Part shown: in pieces, positions 49,965 through 59,339 of the stretch | How positions within the stretch are numbered: the stretch's first letter is position 1 | Layout of the letters: each line of letters starts with the position of its first letter | NCBI GenBank assembly: GCA_963776345.1 | Contig: CAVZMH010000022.1 | Span: 288,001 to 352,000 of the forward strand | Length of the DNA stretch: 64,000 nt | Direction of reading: 5' to 3' | DNA from: an uncultured delta proteobacterium | GTDB lineage: Bacteria; Myxococcota; Myxococcia; Myxococcales; Myxococcaceae | Position numbers and translations under genes: made by a program | The notes under the pieces: generated by a model | The model's database searches: none | What the model was told of the DNA's origin: nothing | Seen by the model: only the letters and a program-made list of their open reading frames with translations

Positions 49965-50657
49965 TCACTTCTGGAAGCTGACCAGCTCCATCCCCGGCGA
50001 GATGGCGCCATCGTCGGCGACCGTCTGCGACTTCACCAGGCCGACCCCCTCTGCGATCCACATCGTGCTCTTCACGTTCATCGTCCCGAACCCAGCCTTG
50101 GCCATCTTCGCGGCGTTCGGTCCGGACATGGTGCTCTTCATCTCCATCACCGAATCGATCCTCAGCGCCTGGTAGTCGCCCGCAGGCACCTTGACCCGCT
50201 CCTTTGCCACCACCTTGCTGGTGGAGCTGGTCTCGGTGTGCACCGTCATGTTCGGCGCCTCGCTCTCGCTCGTCGTGCCGGAAGCCCAGGTGCCCCCGAC
50301 CTTCATCTGACTCAACGGTCCGAACTGCGCTCCAGTCCGGGAGATGATCCTGGTCCTGGCGGCGTGATCGGCGTCGGTGGAGTATCCCTGTGCCGTGCAT
50401 TCGCCGTGCACCACCGTCGATACGGGTGCACTCCCCCCGGGGATGCTGGTGGTGACTTCCCAGGTGAAGTGGTTTCCCTCGACCTTGGAGACGACCATCG
50501 TCACCTGCATGCCAGCCGCGGGGTAGGCGTAGACCAGCTTCTGGCCCTGCTTGATGGGGAAGTACGGGTGGTCACAGGTGCCGGCGGAGGCCGGTGAGGT
50601 CGCCAGCGTGACCACGGCGACGGTGAGCGCCGCGAGCGAGAGACGGGTCGGATGCAT
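49965..50657 (-). CDS. Hypothetical secreted beta-rich protein
   Basis: Signal peptide ending ASA; CDHPYFP, ERVKVPAGDY, WIAEGVGLVK motifs. Confidence 0.75.
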   Translation of the reverse strand: MHPTRLSLAALTVAVVTLATSPASAGTCDHPYFPIKQGQKLVYAYPAAGMQVTMVVSKVEGNHFTWEVTTSIPGGSAPVSTVVHGECTAQGYSTDADHAARTRIISRTGAQFGPLSQMKVGGTWASGTTSESEAPNMTVHTETSSTSKVVAKERVKVPAGDYQALRIDSVMEMKSTMSGPNAAKMAKAGFGTMNVKSTMWIAEGVGLVKSQTVADDGAISPGMELVSFQK

Positions 50658-50771
50658 GGAACTCCACTTAAGGACGGTGGGCAGCAGCGGCGGACCCTAC
50701 GCTCTCGCACGGGATACGCCAGCGACGCCGGGACCTAGACGTCGACCGTCGTCCGGAGGATGTTGCCACGC

Positions 50772-51635
50772 ATGGCCAACGTCGCGTTTCTCGGGACCGG
50801 TCTGATGGGCGCCGCCCTCGCGGAGGCTGCAGCGAAACGCGGCGATCGCGTGAGCGCGTGGAATCGCACCGCGGCCAAGGCCAGGGCCCTCGAGGCGTTC
50901 GGCGTTCGTGCCGCCGAGACGGTGCCGGAGGCCATCGCCGGTGTGGACCGCGTGCACGTCATGCTGGCCGACGACGCCGCCGTCGACCCGGTCCTCGACG
51001 CGGCGGGCGAGGCGCTGCGCTCTGCGCTGGTCATCGATCACTCGACCACCTCACCGGCCGGTACCGCCGCGCGCGCCAAGCGACTCGAGGCACGGGGAAT
51101 CGCGTTCCTGCACGCGCCCGTCTTCATGAGTCCAAGAATGTGCCGCGAGGCGGGCGGCATCATGCTCGTCGCCGGACCACGGACGGCCTTCGCCCGCGCC
51201 GAGGAGGCCTTGCGCCCGATGACTGGCCGCGTCGAGTACCTCGGCGAGCGTCGCGACCTTGCCGCAGCGAACAAGCTGTTCGGGAACGCGATGATCATCG
51301 CCATCTGCGGCGGCCTGGCCGACGTGTACGCGATGGCCGCCTCTCTGGCTATCGACGCGCGCGATGCGCTCGCACTCTTCGGCAAGTTCAACCCCACGGG
51401 CGTCCTCACCTACCGGGGCGCCGCGATGGCCATTGGCGACTACACGCCCAATTTCGAGCTGACGATGGCCCGCAAGGACGCCCGGCTGATGATCGATGCC
51501 GCCCAGGGCCGGGAGCTCGCCGTCCTGCCAGCGATCGCCAAGCGCATGGATGCGCTCATCGCCCGCGGATTTGGATCCGACGACATGGGCGTCCTGGCAG
51601 TCGACGCCGTGCCGAAGAAGTCGCCGCCTCGATGA
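50772..51635 (+). CDS. NAD(P)-dependent oxidoreductase, beta-hydroxyacid dehydrogenase family
   Basis: AFLGTGLMG, WNRT, IDHSTT, HAPV, KLFGN, MARKD. Confidence 0.9.
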   Translation: MANVAFLGTGLMGAALAEAAAKRGDRVSAWNRTAAKARALEAFGVRAAETVPEAIAGVDRVHVMLADDAAVDPVLDAAGEALRSALVIDHSTTSPAGTAARAKRLEARGIAFLHAPVFMSPRMCREAGGIMLVAGPRTAFARAEEALRPMTGRVEYLGERRDLAAANKLFGNAMIIAICGGLADVYAMAASLAIDARDALALFGKFNPTGVLTYRGAAMAIGDYTPNFELTMARKDARLMIDAAQGRELAVLPAIAKRMDALIARGFGSDDMGVLAVDAVPKKSPPR

Positions 51636-51743
51636 ATCGTCAGACCCCGCAGCGTGTGCAGGAGAGAACGTCGGCGCGGAAGGTCCGCTTGACGGCTGTG
51701 CGTCGGGGATAGGCTTCGGCCCGAATCTCGAGAGGGGTGGCCA

Positions 51744-52310
51744 ATGAATGCTCTTCGCCTCATCGGTGCGCTGGCAGCCCTTGCTGTCGCTTCCCCGGTC
51801 CATGCCGAGGCCCCGGCCGGGCATCTGCTCGGTCCCGGAGACAAGGCACCAGACTTCACGCTCCTGAGCAACGACTGGAAGGAAGTCAGACTCGGCGATC
51901 TTCGTGGCAAGAAGAACGTGGTGCTCGTCTTCTACGTCCTGGCGTTCACCGATACCTGAACCAGTGAACTCAAAGCCTATCAGGCTGATGGGCCCAAGCT
52001 GGAAGCAAGCGACACGGTGGTGTTTGGAATCAGCAACGACAGTCCAGCGGCAAACGCGGCATACGCTCGCCAGATCGACGTTCACTTTCCCCTGCTGAGC
52101 GATCAGAACGGCAAGGTGCTCAAGCAGTACGGCGTACCGCTCCGTTTCAAGCAGGTGGGGGCCACGAGTTACGAACTGGCGCAACGCGCGACGTTCCTCA
52201 TCGACAAGCAGGGGGTCATTCGACGCGTCGAGCTGGGTGAGGAGGCGGTCGACCCGTCGAAGACCGTGAACGCCTGCAGCCTCCTCGAGCACCGCAAGCC
52301 GGGCCCGTAG
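51744..52310 (+). CDS. Selenocysteine-containing peroxiredoxin (AhpC/TSA; BCP/AhpE-like) with signal peptide
   Basis: ORFs 51744..51959 and 52017..52310 share one frame separated only by TGA 51957-51959; read-through gives GDKAPDFTL...VVLVFYVLAFTDT-U-TSELKAY...VFGISND...FPLLSD...RATFLIDKQGVIR (188 aa). Confidence 0.88.
51960..51993 (+). promoter_or_regulatory. Putative bacterial SECIS element
   Basis: Hairpin GCCUAUCA-GGC-UGAUGGGC (51975-51993) with a G-starting apical loop about 23 nt after the UGA; folded by eye. Confidence 0.6.
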
Positions 52311-52479
52311 TGCGACGCGCGCAACCCTTATCCGACGATGTCGAGGATCAGCTCCGCGGCTCGGCGGCACTGGAGGCCAGCCGCGGCGAAGAGCCGAACC
52401 TGACGCATGGCCCCGCCGAGCATCCGGCGATAACGGCCAGCCGGGCGAGCGGGGTGGCTCGCCCGGCTGAACGGCCCGC

Positions 52480-55212
52480 TCAGGGCTGATGCGGCGCGGA
52501 GGTGACGGTGTTCACCTGGACGTTGTCGATGATCACCCCGCAGGAATGCCCGGGCCGGACGTCCGCGCAGGTGCCGATGAAGTCCTGGGCATACTCGAAG
52601 CGAAGCTGGGCGGTGGTCCCGGCCATGCCTGGCAGCCGGAGCCGGACGTGCTGGAACCCGTTCGACGCCCCCGCCCATGCCGACATGTCCTCGAAGTAGG
52701 CCGGGTCGCCATTGCGGGGAAAGTGCTTCGGATACTGCTGCAAGGCCCCGGTCTCGAACCGATCCTCGAACGCCTCCGCCAGCACCGATCTCAGGGTATT
52801 GCCGGTGGTGAGGTCGGTGACCCGGAGGAACAACCCGTCGTACGCCAGGATGTTGAAGCTCGGGTCGTCCTCGGTATCGTAGCAGATGTCGAAGTCGACC
52901 GTCACGTACTCCGCGTTCCCCGGCACGGCGAACGCGGGGCTGAAGAGCCGTTGCCAGGCCGAGCCGTCGGTGTTGGTGTGGAACGCTCCGTTCGATTGCG
53001 TCCCGCAGAAGCCCGGGCTGCCGGGCGACCCGGGCATGATCTTCCAGTTGATCGACGGGTCACCCGTCTGCGCCACCGCCCTCCACCCAGTCGGAATCGC
53101 ACCCGAGCCGTCGAAGCTCTCGGAGATCAAGACGGTGCTCTGCGGCGTGCCGGTGAAGAGGGTGTGGAGCAGCACGGTGCGCTGGTGGTCGTCGGTGTAC
53201 ACCTCGAGGCGCAGCTCGATCGGTGTCCCCGGGATGAACGACGGCCGGGTGAAGAGGAAGAAGGGAAGGACGTTCTGCTGTGCCTCACCAGGCTTGATGT
53301 CCCGCCAGGCCGAGATCCCGAGGAGCACGTCGACGCCAGGTGTGCTGGTCGAGAGGCGGGCCACCACGTCCCTCAGCTTTTCCTTGCTCAGGGTATTGGT
53401 CACGTAGTTCCGGAGCTCGACCTTGAGGGTGAAAAGCTCGCCGGGGTCGACGAACCCGTTTCCACCGCTGTCCTTGACCGTCTCCCCCTGCCAGTCCAGC
53501 GGAGAGGCGTCGAACTTGTGGTCCGCGCTGGGGAGGATCTGCACCAGCGCATCCGGCACCGTCAGGCTCAGGTCCGGCTGGCCATCGACGAAACCCGCGG
53601 GCGGACGGGAGGCCAGGGCGAACACGGGATAGAACTTCCCCTTCATCGCCACGCACTGGTTGTAGTCCCCCAGGTTCGGCTGGCTGGTGTCATTGCCCCA
53701 GCCCGCGTGGAACGGACGATCGTTGAGCGGCAGCGGCTGGCTCCAGTGGCGGCCACCGTCGTCGGAGAACAGGTAGGACACGTCGGTGAGATCCCCCGAC
53801 GCGGCCGTGCCCTGATCGTAATAGTGCACGAAGACGCGACCCGTGTCGTTGTCCACCGTGACCGCGGGGAACCACTGAGCCCGGTCGGCGCCAGGACGGC
53901 TGTTGAGAGCGACCGGTTTGTCGAAGTGGCGGCCGCCATCGGAGCTTCTCAGCAGCATGATGTCGGCGCCGTCCTGCGAGTCGTTGCTGGCGTAGACGAC
54001 GTAGATGTTGCCCCGGTTGCGTCCCCATGACTTGTCCACGGCCATCGAGGGGAAGCTGTGCACCCGGTCGTTCCCCAAGATGTAGTCGATGATGAAGAAC
54101 GGCGCGGAGATCTCCACCGGGGCGCCCCAGGTCTTCCCTCCGTCATCGGAGCGGGCGAAGGCGATGCTGTTGCTCAGGCCCCCCGGCAGCCTCCGCCAGG
54201 CCACGTAGGCGCGGTCCTTCTCCGGGCCGAACCGTGGAATCGAGCCCGTGCCCTCGCGGATGGTGGCGCTGATGATCGCCGCGCTGGCGAAGGTGGGCGG
54301 GGTGCTGGAGAGCACGTCGTCCGAGTAGGTGCTGAGGATCTGCGTGCCACCGGGCGCGACCGGGGTGAAGTTTGTCCAGGTCATCAGGACGCGGCCGGTG
54401 CGCCGATCGACGTCCATGAACTCCTTGTCCGCTGCATCGACCGGGAAGCCGTCGGGATCCAGGACCCCGCTCGGATTGGAGGCGGCAGTCACCTCGAAGG
54501 GGCCCTCCCAGCTGTGCCCGCAGTCGCGCGAGCGGTGGATACTCATTGTCTGGACGATGGCCGGCCCGAGCGCGAAGTCCTTCACCACCAGGAGGATGGA
54601 GGAATAGACGAAGTTGCAGCCGCCCAGGTACTTCACGTCGGGGTCGCCGAAGACCTGAGGGAACCCGAAGATGTCGGGCGGCCCGCCGGGCAGCTGCCCA
54701 CCATCGGTGAACGTCTTGCCACCGTCGTCCGAGTACATGAAGCCCGACACCGAGGTCTGAGCGAGATCGAAGCCACGGAAGTCGTTGAAGCCGACGACGA
54801 TGTGCTTCCCGGTGTCGTCGATGGCAATGGACGTCTCCGCCTGCCCGCCCCGCGGAAGCTCGCCCTCGTCGAGGCAGGCCGGGTCGGCCGAGCAGTCCGG
54901 CTCCTCGCCCCCCTCGTCCTCATCGCCATCGCTCGGAGGGGGTCGGCTCACGGCGGCGCGCCCGACCGGTGCGCCCACGACCGAGGGCGCCAGGGCCGCC
55001 TTTGCCGCCGGCGCGGCCAGCCGCATCGTCACCCCGCCTTGGGCCCGGATACGCGCACGCACTGTCGCGGCGCGCTTGCCCATGCTGGACATGCCGGTGC
55101 CGGCGTGCCCGGGCCTGGCCAGAGCATCTGGCGGCCGCTCCGCGAGAGCGACTCCCGGGAGTCCCAGCGAAGCCGCCAGCAACCACACCGCGAAGACTCC
55201 GGACCTGGACAT
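52480..55212 (-). CDS. Secreted BNR/Asp-box (sialidase-like) beta-propeller protein
   Basis: Signal peptide ending VALA; five Asp-boxes (SDDGGKTF, SRDCGHSW, SDDGGKTW, SSDGGRHF, SDDGGRHW), LGDY, and C-terminal beta-sandwich domains. Confidence 0.82.
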   Translation of the reverse strand: MSRSGVFAVWLLAASLGLPGVALAERPPDALARPGHAGTGMSSMGKRAATVRARIRAQGGVTMRLAAPAAKAALAPSVVGAPVGRAAVSRPPPSDGDEDEGGEEPDCSADPACLDEGELPRGGQAETSIAIDDTGKHIVVGFNDFRGFDLAQTSVSGFMYSDDGGKTFTDGGQLPGGPPDIFGFPQVFGDPDVKYLGGCNFVYSSILLVVKDFALGPAIVQTMSIHRSRDCGHSWEGPFEVTAASNPSGVLDPDGFPVDAADKEFMDVDRRTGRVLMTWTNFTPVAPGGTQILSTYSDDVLSSTPPTFASAAIISATIREGTGSIPRFGPEKDRAYVAWRRLPGGLSNSIAFARSDDGGKTWGAPVEISAPFFIIDYILGNDRVHSFPSMAVDKSWGRNRGNIYVVYASNDSQDGADIMLLRSSDGGRHFDKPVALNSRPGADRAQWFPAVTVDNDTGRVFVHYYDQGTAASGDLTDVSYLFSDDGGRHWSQPLPLNDRPFHAGWGNDTSQPNLGDYNQCVAMKGKFYPVFALASRPPAGFVDGQPDLSLTVPDALVQILPSADHKFDASPLDWQGETVKDSGGNGFVDPGELFTLKVELRNYVTNTLSKEKLRDVVARLSTSTPGVDVLLGISAWRDIKPGEAQQNVLPFFLFTRPSFIPGTPIELRLEVYTDDHQRTVLLHTLFTGTPQSTVLISESFDGSGAIPTGWRAVAQTGDPSINWKIMPGSPGSPGFCGTQSNGAFHTNTDGSAWQRLFSPAFAVPGNAEYVTVDFDICYDTEDDPSFNILAYDGLFLRVTDLTTGNTLRSVLAEAFEDRFETGALQQYPKHFPRNGDPAYFEDMSAWAGASNGFQHVRLRLPGMAGTTAQLRFEYAQDFIGTCADVRPGHSCGVIIDNVQVNTVTSAPHQP

Positions 55213-55375
55213 GGATTTCCTCCCCACGCTGGAGTGCCAGCGTTGAACCGATTCGATTCACCCACCCTCGACGAAGCGGCCCAGTGCACTACCACTTCGT
55301 CGCGTGCGACGGTGGGACGATTCCGTGGTGAGCGCGAGGGCCCGTCCCGCCGCAGTGCGGCGTCCGCTGGCGGCC

Positions 55376-55485
55376 TCCGTGCTCGGAGTGCCGCGCGGGT
55401 GCTCGAGAATGGCCTGGGCGTTGGAGGAGCGGAGGACGACGGCGACGATGCGCCGGGCGCCGCCGCACGAGGGCGCGAACGAGGA
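55376..55485 (-). pseudogene. Possible C-terminal remnant of an IS91-like transposase
   Basis: FAPSCGGARRIVAVVLRSSNAQAILEH resembles the C-x2-CGG..R..A.......ILEHL tail of such transposases; short and degenerate. Confidence 0.35.
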
Positions 55486-55579
55486 ATTCAGGTGCGCCGC
55501 GCGCACTGGAGCGCTGGTAGGTCCCTGGGTCCGGACGTACTCCCCCCGGGAGGGATTGGCCTGGGTTCGCGCCCGGTCG

Positions 55580-55716
55580 CCTCCGAGTTCCCGTTGCCCA
55601 CCTCCCCGGGAACGCTCCCTGGGCTCCCCGCGCCGGGAGGCATCACGGCCGGGCCTGACGGAAACGTCTGGTTCACGGTACCGGGCTCGGACGAGATCGG
55701 TCGCATCGCTCCCTAG
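55580..55716 (+). pseudogene. Remnant of a Vgb-like (virginiamycin B lyase) beta-propeller repeat
   Basis: SEFPLPT...PGGITAGPDGNVWFTVPGSDEIGRIAP* with no plausible upstream gene body. Confidence 0.6.
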
Positions 55717-56827
55717 CTCACCGACTCCGGGTCGAGGGAGGAACGACCCGTTGCCCGTTTCCGCCAGCTCCGCCACTTCCGCCGGTCGAGGTCCTCCGGC
55801 GGAGGCCGGCATTCAGCGCTCCGGCCACCGGGCCGGCCGCTTCTCGATGAATGCGTCGATCCCCTCGGCGGCGTCCGGTTCGAGCATGCTGAACGCCATC
55901 GACTCGCTGGTCGTCGCATAGGCACCTTCGAGCGGCTGGTCAATCTGCCGGTAGAAGGCGCGCTTTCCGGTGGCGACCACCTTCCCGCTTCGCGCCAGGA
56001 TGATGCTCACCAACCGAGCCACCTCGGCGTCGAGCGACGCCGCGGGCACGACCCGGTTCAGGAGGCCCCAGCCGAGGGCGGTGGGCGCGTCGACCAGTTC
56101 GCCCGTGAGCAGCATCTCCATCGAGCGCTTGCGACCGATGTTCCGGGCGACGCCGACGGCGGGGGTGGAGCAGAAGATTCCGACGTTCACCCCGGGCAGC
56201 GCAAATCGCGCCTCGTTCGACGCCACCGCGAGATCGCACATCGACACCAGCTGGCATCCCGCCGCCGTGGCGATCCCGTGCACGCGGGCAACGATTGGCT
56301 GCGGGATCTCGGTCATCTTGACCATCATCCTGCTGCAATCGGCAAAGAGCTTCTGCTGCCACGGCTTGTCGTCGCTGTGCGCGCGCATCTCCTTGAGGTC
56401 GTGCCCGGCGCAGAAACCCTTCCCGGCGCCAGCGAGGACGACGACCCGCGCCGTGCGGTCCGCCGCGAGCGCGTCGAGTTCCCCTTCCAGCGCCGCGATC
56501 ATCGCGGTCGAGAGCGGATTGAATCGTTCGCCCCGATTCAGGGTCAGGGTCACCACTCCGCGGTCGTTCCGCCGCAGGACGAAGGGTGTCTCGGCGGCGG
56601 CCCCTTCGATCGCATTCATGCCCGTCCACCTCGCTCTCGTTGCCTGTGGTCCTCCTCTTGTCACGCCGCATGCGCGCTCACAAGGGAGCTGCCGACCGCG
56701 CTGCGCGCATGGCCCGCTGGAGCAGGAACCTCACCAGCGCAGCCTCGAGCGCCGCCCGGCGGGAACGCTCCCTGGGCGCCCCACGCCGGGAGGCATCACG
56801 GCCGGGCCTGACGGCAACGTCTGGTTC
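55607..56827. repeat. 68-bp imperfect direct repeat (65/68 identical) flanking the enoyl-CoA hydratase gene
   Basis: Copies at 55607-55674 and 56760-56827. Confidence 0.9.
55813..56619 (-). CDS. Enoyl-CoA hydratase/isomerase (crotonase, ECHDC3-like)
   Basis: FCAGHDLKEM, VHGIATAAGCQLV..CDL, PGVNVGIFCSTP, EGIDAFIEKR. Confidence 0.92.
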   Translation of the reverse strand: MNAIEGAAAETPFVLRRNDRGVVTLTLNRGERFNPLSTAMIAALEGELDALAADRTARVVVLAGAGKGFCAGHDLKEMRAHSDDKPWQQKLFADCSRMMVKMTEIPQPIVARVHGIATAAGCQLVSMCDLAVASNEARFALPGVNVGIFCSTPAVGVARNIGRKRSMEMLLTGELVDAPTALGWGLLNRVVPAASLDAEVARLVSIILARSGKVVATGKRAFYRQIDQPLEGAYATTSESMAFSMLEPDAAEGIDAFIEKRPARWPER

Positions 56828-56980
56828 GTTCCAGGGTCGCCTCCTGGCGATCCACCACCCGCTGCGGGAGCGACCTCGCCTGCTGCGTCCCGGGCGTGTC
56901 GATGGAATCGTTCCTCCATGCGCCCGTTCCCCCGATCGTCCCGTCTCGACTCCTCGTGGCGGGGAATCGGGAGGTTCGTC

Positions 56981-57289
56981 ATGCGCCGTTGCGTTCTGGG
57001 TACGTTCTTGCTCCTTGCCGCCTGTGGTAGCGGAGGCCTGAGCTCACCGTCGGGGGACACTGCAGTCGACCCGCGCGCCGAGAGGGCTCGCCTCGCCTTC
57101 ACCTCGGGCGGCCGAGAGGCGCTGCGCTCCTACGCGGATATCTACGGCGACGACGCGGTGAACTCCTGCTTCGCGGCCTGGATCGACGAGGCAGGCACCC
57201 CGAGTCTGTACGAGCCGGTGGCCAAGCCCGACGTCCAGGCGCTCCGCCAGTTCCTCTGCACCTGTATCGGTGCCACCGACTGCCTGTAG
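56981..57289 (+). CDS. Hypothetical lipoprotein
   Basis: RBS GGAGG; lipobox LAAC; C-terminal CTC....C. Confidence 0.65.
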   Translation: MRRCVLGTFLLLAACGSGGLSSPSGDTAVDPRAERARLAFTSGGREALRSYADIYGDDAVNSCFAAWIDEAGTPSLYEPVAKPDVQALRQFLCTCIGATDCL

Positions 57290-57420
57290 TTCCTCGCCGG
57301 GGCGCCCCCGACAGCGAACGGCAGCGATCCGTGTCCGCTTTCGCCGCTCGTTTCCGTCTTGAGGGGAGGCAAAGCCGCGCCATTGGCCTGGCGGTGCCTT
57401 TCCATCGAGGGAGACGTCAC

Positions 57421-58723
57421 ATGAGCGAATGGTGGATGCAGAGAACGATGGCCGTGGGCCTCGCGGTCATCGCGCTGGCGGCATGGAGCGCCGGGCCGGC
57501 CCGCGCCGGAGATCGAGGCCAGCGGGAGGAGCACGAGGAGAAGGTCCGCAAGAGGAGCGCCGAGAAGACGCTCTACATCTGGGCCGGTGACGCCGAGCGG
57601 GTCCGCCCGGACTTTCTGGCGGTGATCGACTTCAACGAGAACTCGGCGAACTACGGAAAGGTGCTGCGCACGGTCGCGGTTCCGCCTCCCGGCAACGTGG
57701 GCAACGAGCCGCACCACTGCCACCTCTCCACCGACAAGAACATCCTGGCCTGCGGCGGGTTGCTGAGCGTGCTCTCCGGCCAGAACGGCATCTTCTTCTT
57801 CGACGTCTCCGACGCCCGGAAGCCGGAGATTCCTCTTCTCCACCAGGGCTCCGAGCTCCAGCATCACCGACGACTTCCTGCCGCTGCCCGGCGGGGGCTT
57901 CCTGGTGACGCAGATGGGATCGGCGACGGGAGACGCGCCGGGCCGCGTGGCCGAGTTCGACCGCCACCTCCGGCTGGTGGCGGAGCATCCCGCCAACCCG
58001 CCCACCGATGGCTTCAACCCCCACGGCATCTCGGCCCGCTTCGACCTCGACCTGTTCGTCACCAGCGACTTCATCAATCCGGCGTCCACGCTCAACTCAT
58101 GGCCCGGACCGGTCGAGCTTCGCGGCGCCCTGCGCTTCTGGAACCTCTCGCGCCGCGAGATCGCGCGCACGGTCTTCCTGCCCGAGGCGCTCGGCTCGAT
58201 GGACGTGAAGCTGATCCCCAACGATCCTCACGGTCGTGCGGTGACCGCCAACATGTTCAGCGGGCTGGTCTACACAGTGGACCCCACCGACGGCAGCGTG
58301 GTGCAGTCCTTCGACTGCGAGGACATCGTTCCCCACGTCGAGGTCCCCGTCCCCGGTGGGATGGTGCAGCTGCTGGCGATGCCGGAGAGCGGGGATCGCC
58401 TCATCTTCGGCTCCTTCCAGGCCGGTCAGGTGGGTCTGCTCGACATCAGCGACCGCAGGGCCTTCAAGCAGCTCTCGGTCGTGAACCTGGGCGTCGGCGC
58501 CGGCCCCCACGACATCGACCTGACCGACGACGACGCGCGCCTGGTGGTCACCGACTACTTCCTCGACGAGGATGACTTCGGGCGGATCCACTTCGACGGA
58601 GATCGCAAGGTCCGGGTGATCAAGGTCACCCGTGACGCCCTCACCCTCGATACCCGCTTCGACCTGGACTTCAACACCGCCTTCGACCACCCGGCGCGCC
58701 CCCATGGAATCGCCATGAAGTAG
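57421..58723 (+). CDS. Selenium-binding protein SBP56 / methanethiol-oxidase-like secreted protein, frameshifted near 57826
   Basis: Signal peptide; PDFLAVIDF..S.NYGKV, GNEPHH, FNPHG, GPHD, RPHG; removing one G at about 57826 gives KPRFLFSTRAPSSSITDDFLPL joining ORF 57905..58723. Confidence 0.8.
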
Positions 58724-58730
58724 TGGAGAG

Positions 58731-58950
58731 CCTCCGGCGACGCTTGAACATCCACGCCACCGGCCCGAGCCAGGGGAGCGCGCCTGCGGGCGGGACGGAG
58801 CCGCAGCCGGCGCCCGAGCTTCCGCTGCCTCCGCCCCCTTGCGCCTGGGTCCCACCGTCGGCGGCCGGGGCCCGCCCCACGGTGACGGATCCCGACCCGA
58901 TCGCGGAGGCGCCGCCGACGGGGGAGGGCTTGACGAGCCCGAAGATGCGA
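58731..58950 (-). pseudogene. Orphan MYXO-CTERM-like C-terminal tail
   Basis: Gly/Ser linker then GCGSVPPAGALPWLGPVAWMFKRRRR with no credible gene body upstream. Confidence 0.45.
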
Positions 58951-58981
58951 ATGCTGGTAGCCGCTCTGTTCACTGGGGACA

Positions 58982-59170
58982 TCAGTCCCCCGCCTGCTCC
59001 AGTGCCCAGCGGAGCAGGTGCACGATCGCGTCCGTTCTCTTCCCCCCGTGGCGCGCGGCGTAGGCGTCGAGGCGCGCCAGGAGGTCCACGGGAAGACGCA
59101 GGCTCGTCCCCTTCCTTGGAACAGCCGATTTCCTCGGCAACGGCGGCACCTTGCTGCTCCCCTTGGGCAT
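58982..59170 (-). CDS. Ribbon-helix-helix (CopG/Arc-like) DNA-binding protein
   Basis: 62 aa; RKGTSLRLPVDLLARLDAYAARHGGKRTDAIVHLLRWALE fits the RHH strand-helix-helix pattern. Confidence 0.75.
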   Translation of the reverse strand: MPKGSSKVPPLPRKSAVPRKGTSLRLPVDLLARLDAYAARHGGKRTDAIVHLLRWALEQAGD

Positions 59171-59212
59171 GTGCGCAGTGTACCGCGCGGGTGAACCTTG
59201 TCCGGTTTTCAC

Positions 59213-59245
59213 TTGTGGTGCAGTCTGTACCACAATTTGCACCAC
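59213..59245. promoter_or_regulatory. Putative operator: palindrome plus third half-site between divergent genes
   Basis: TTGTGGTGCAG-T-CTGTACCACAA (59213-59235) and TGCACCAC (59238-59245) in a locally AT-richer intergenic region. Confidence 0.6.
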
Positions 59246-59339
59246 GACGGAGGAACGATGGCCACCAGTTGCGACGGGTGCGGTCAGCTCTGGCAACGTC
59301 ACGGCCTCGTCGCAGGGTCGTGGTGTTCAGCCGAGGAGG

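Noticed and set aside
51744..52310. Treating the peroxiredoxin as two genes or a nonsense pseudogene
   Set aside because: The stop is TGA precisely at the catalytic Cys with a downstream hairpin; Sec recoding is more parsimonious, pending confirmation of sel genes.
52328..52440. Possible C-terminal glycosyltransferase remnant (…FAAAGLQCRRAAELILDIVG*)
   Set aside because: Too short and generic to support without a search.
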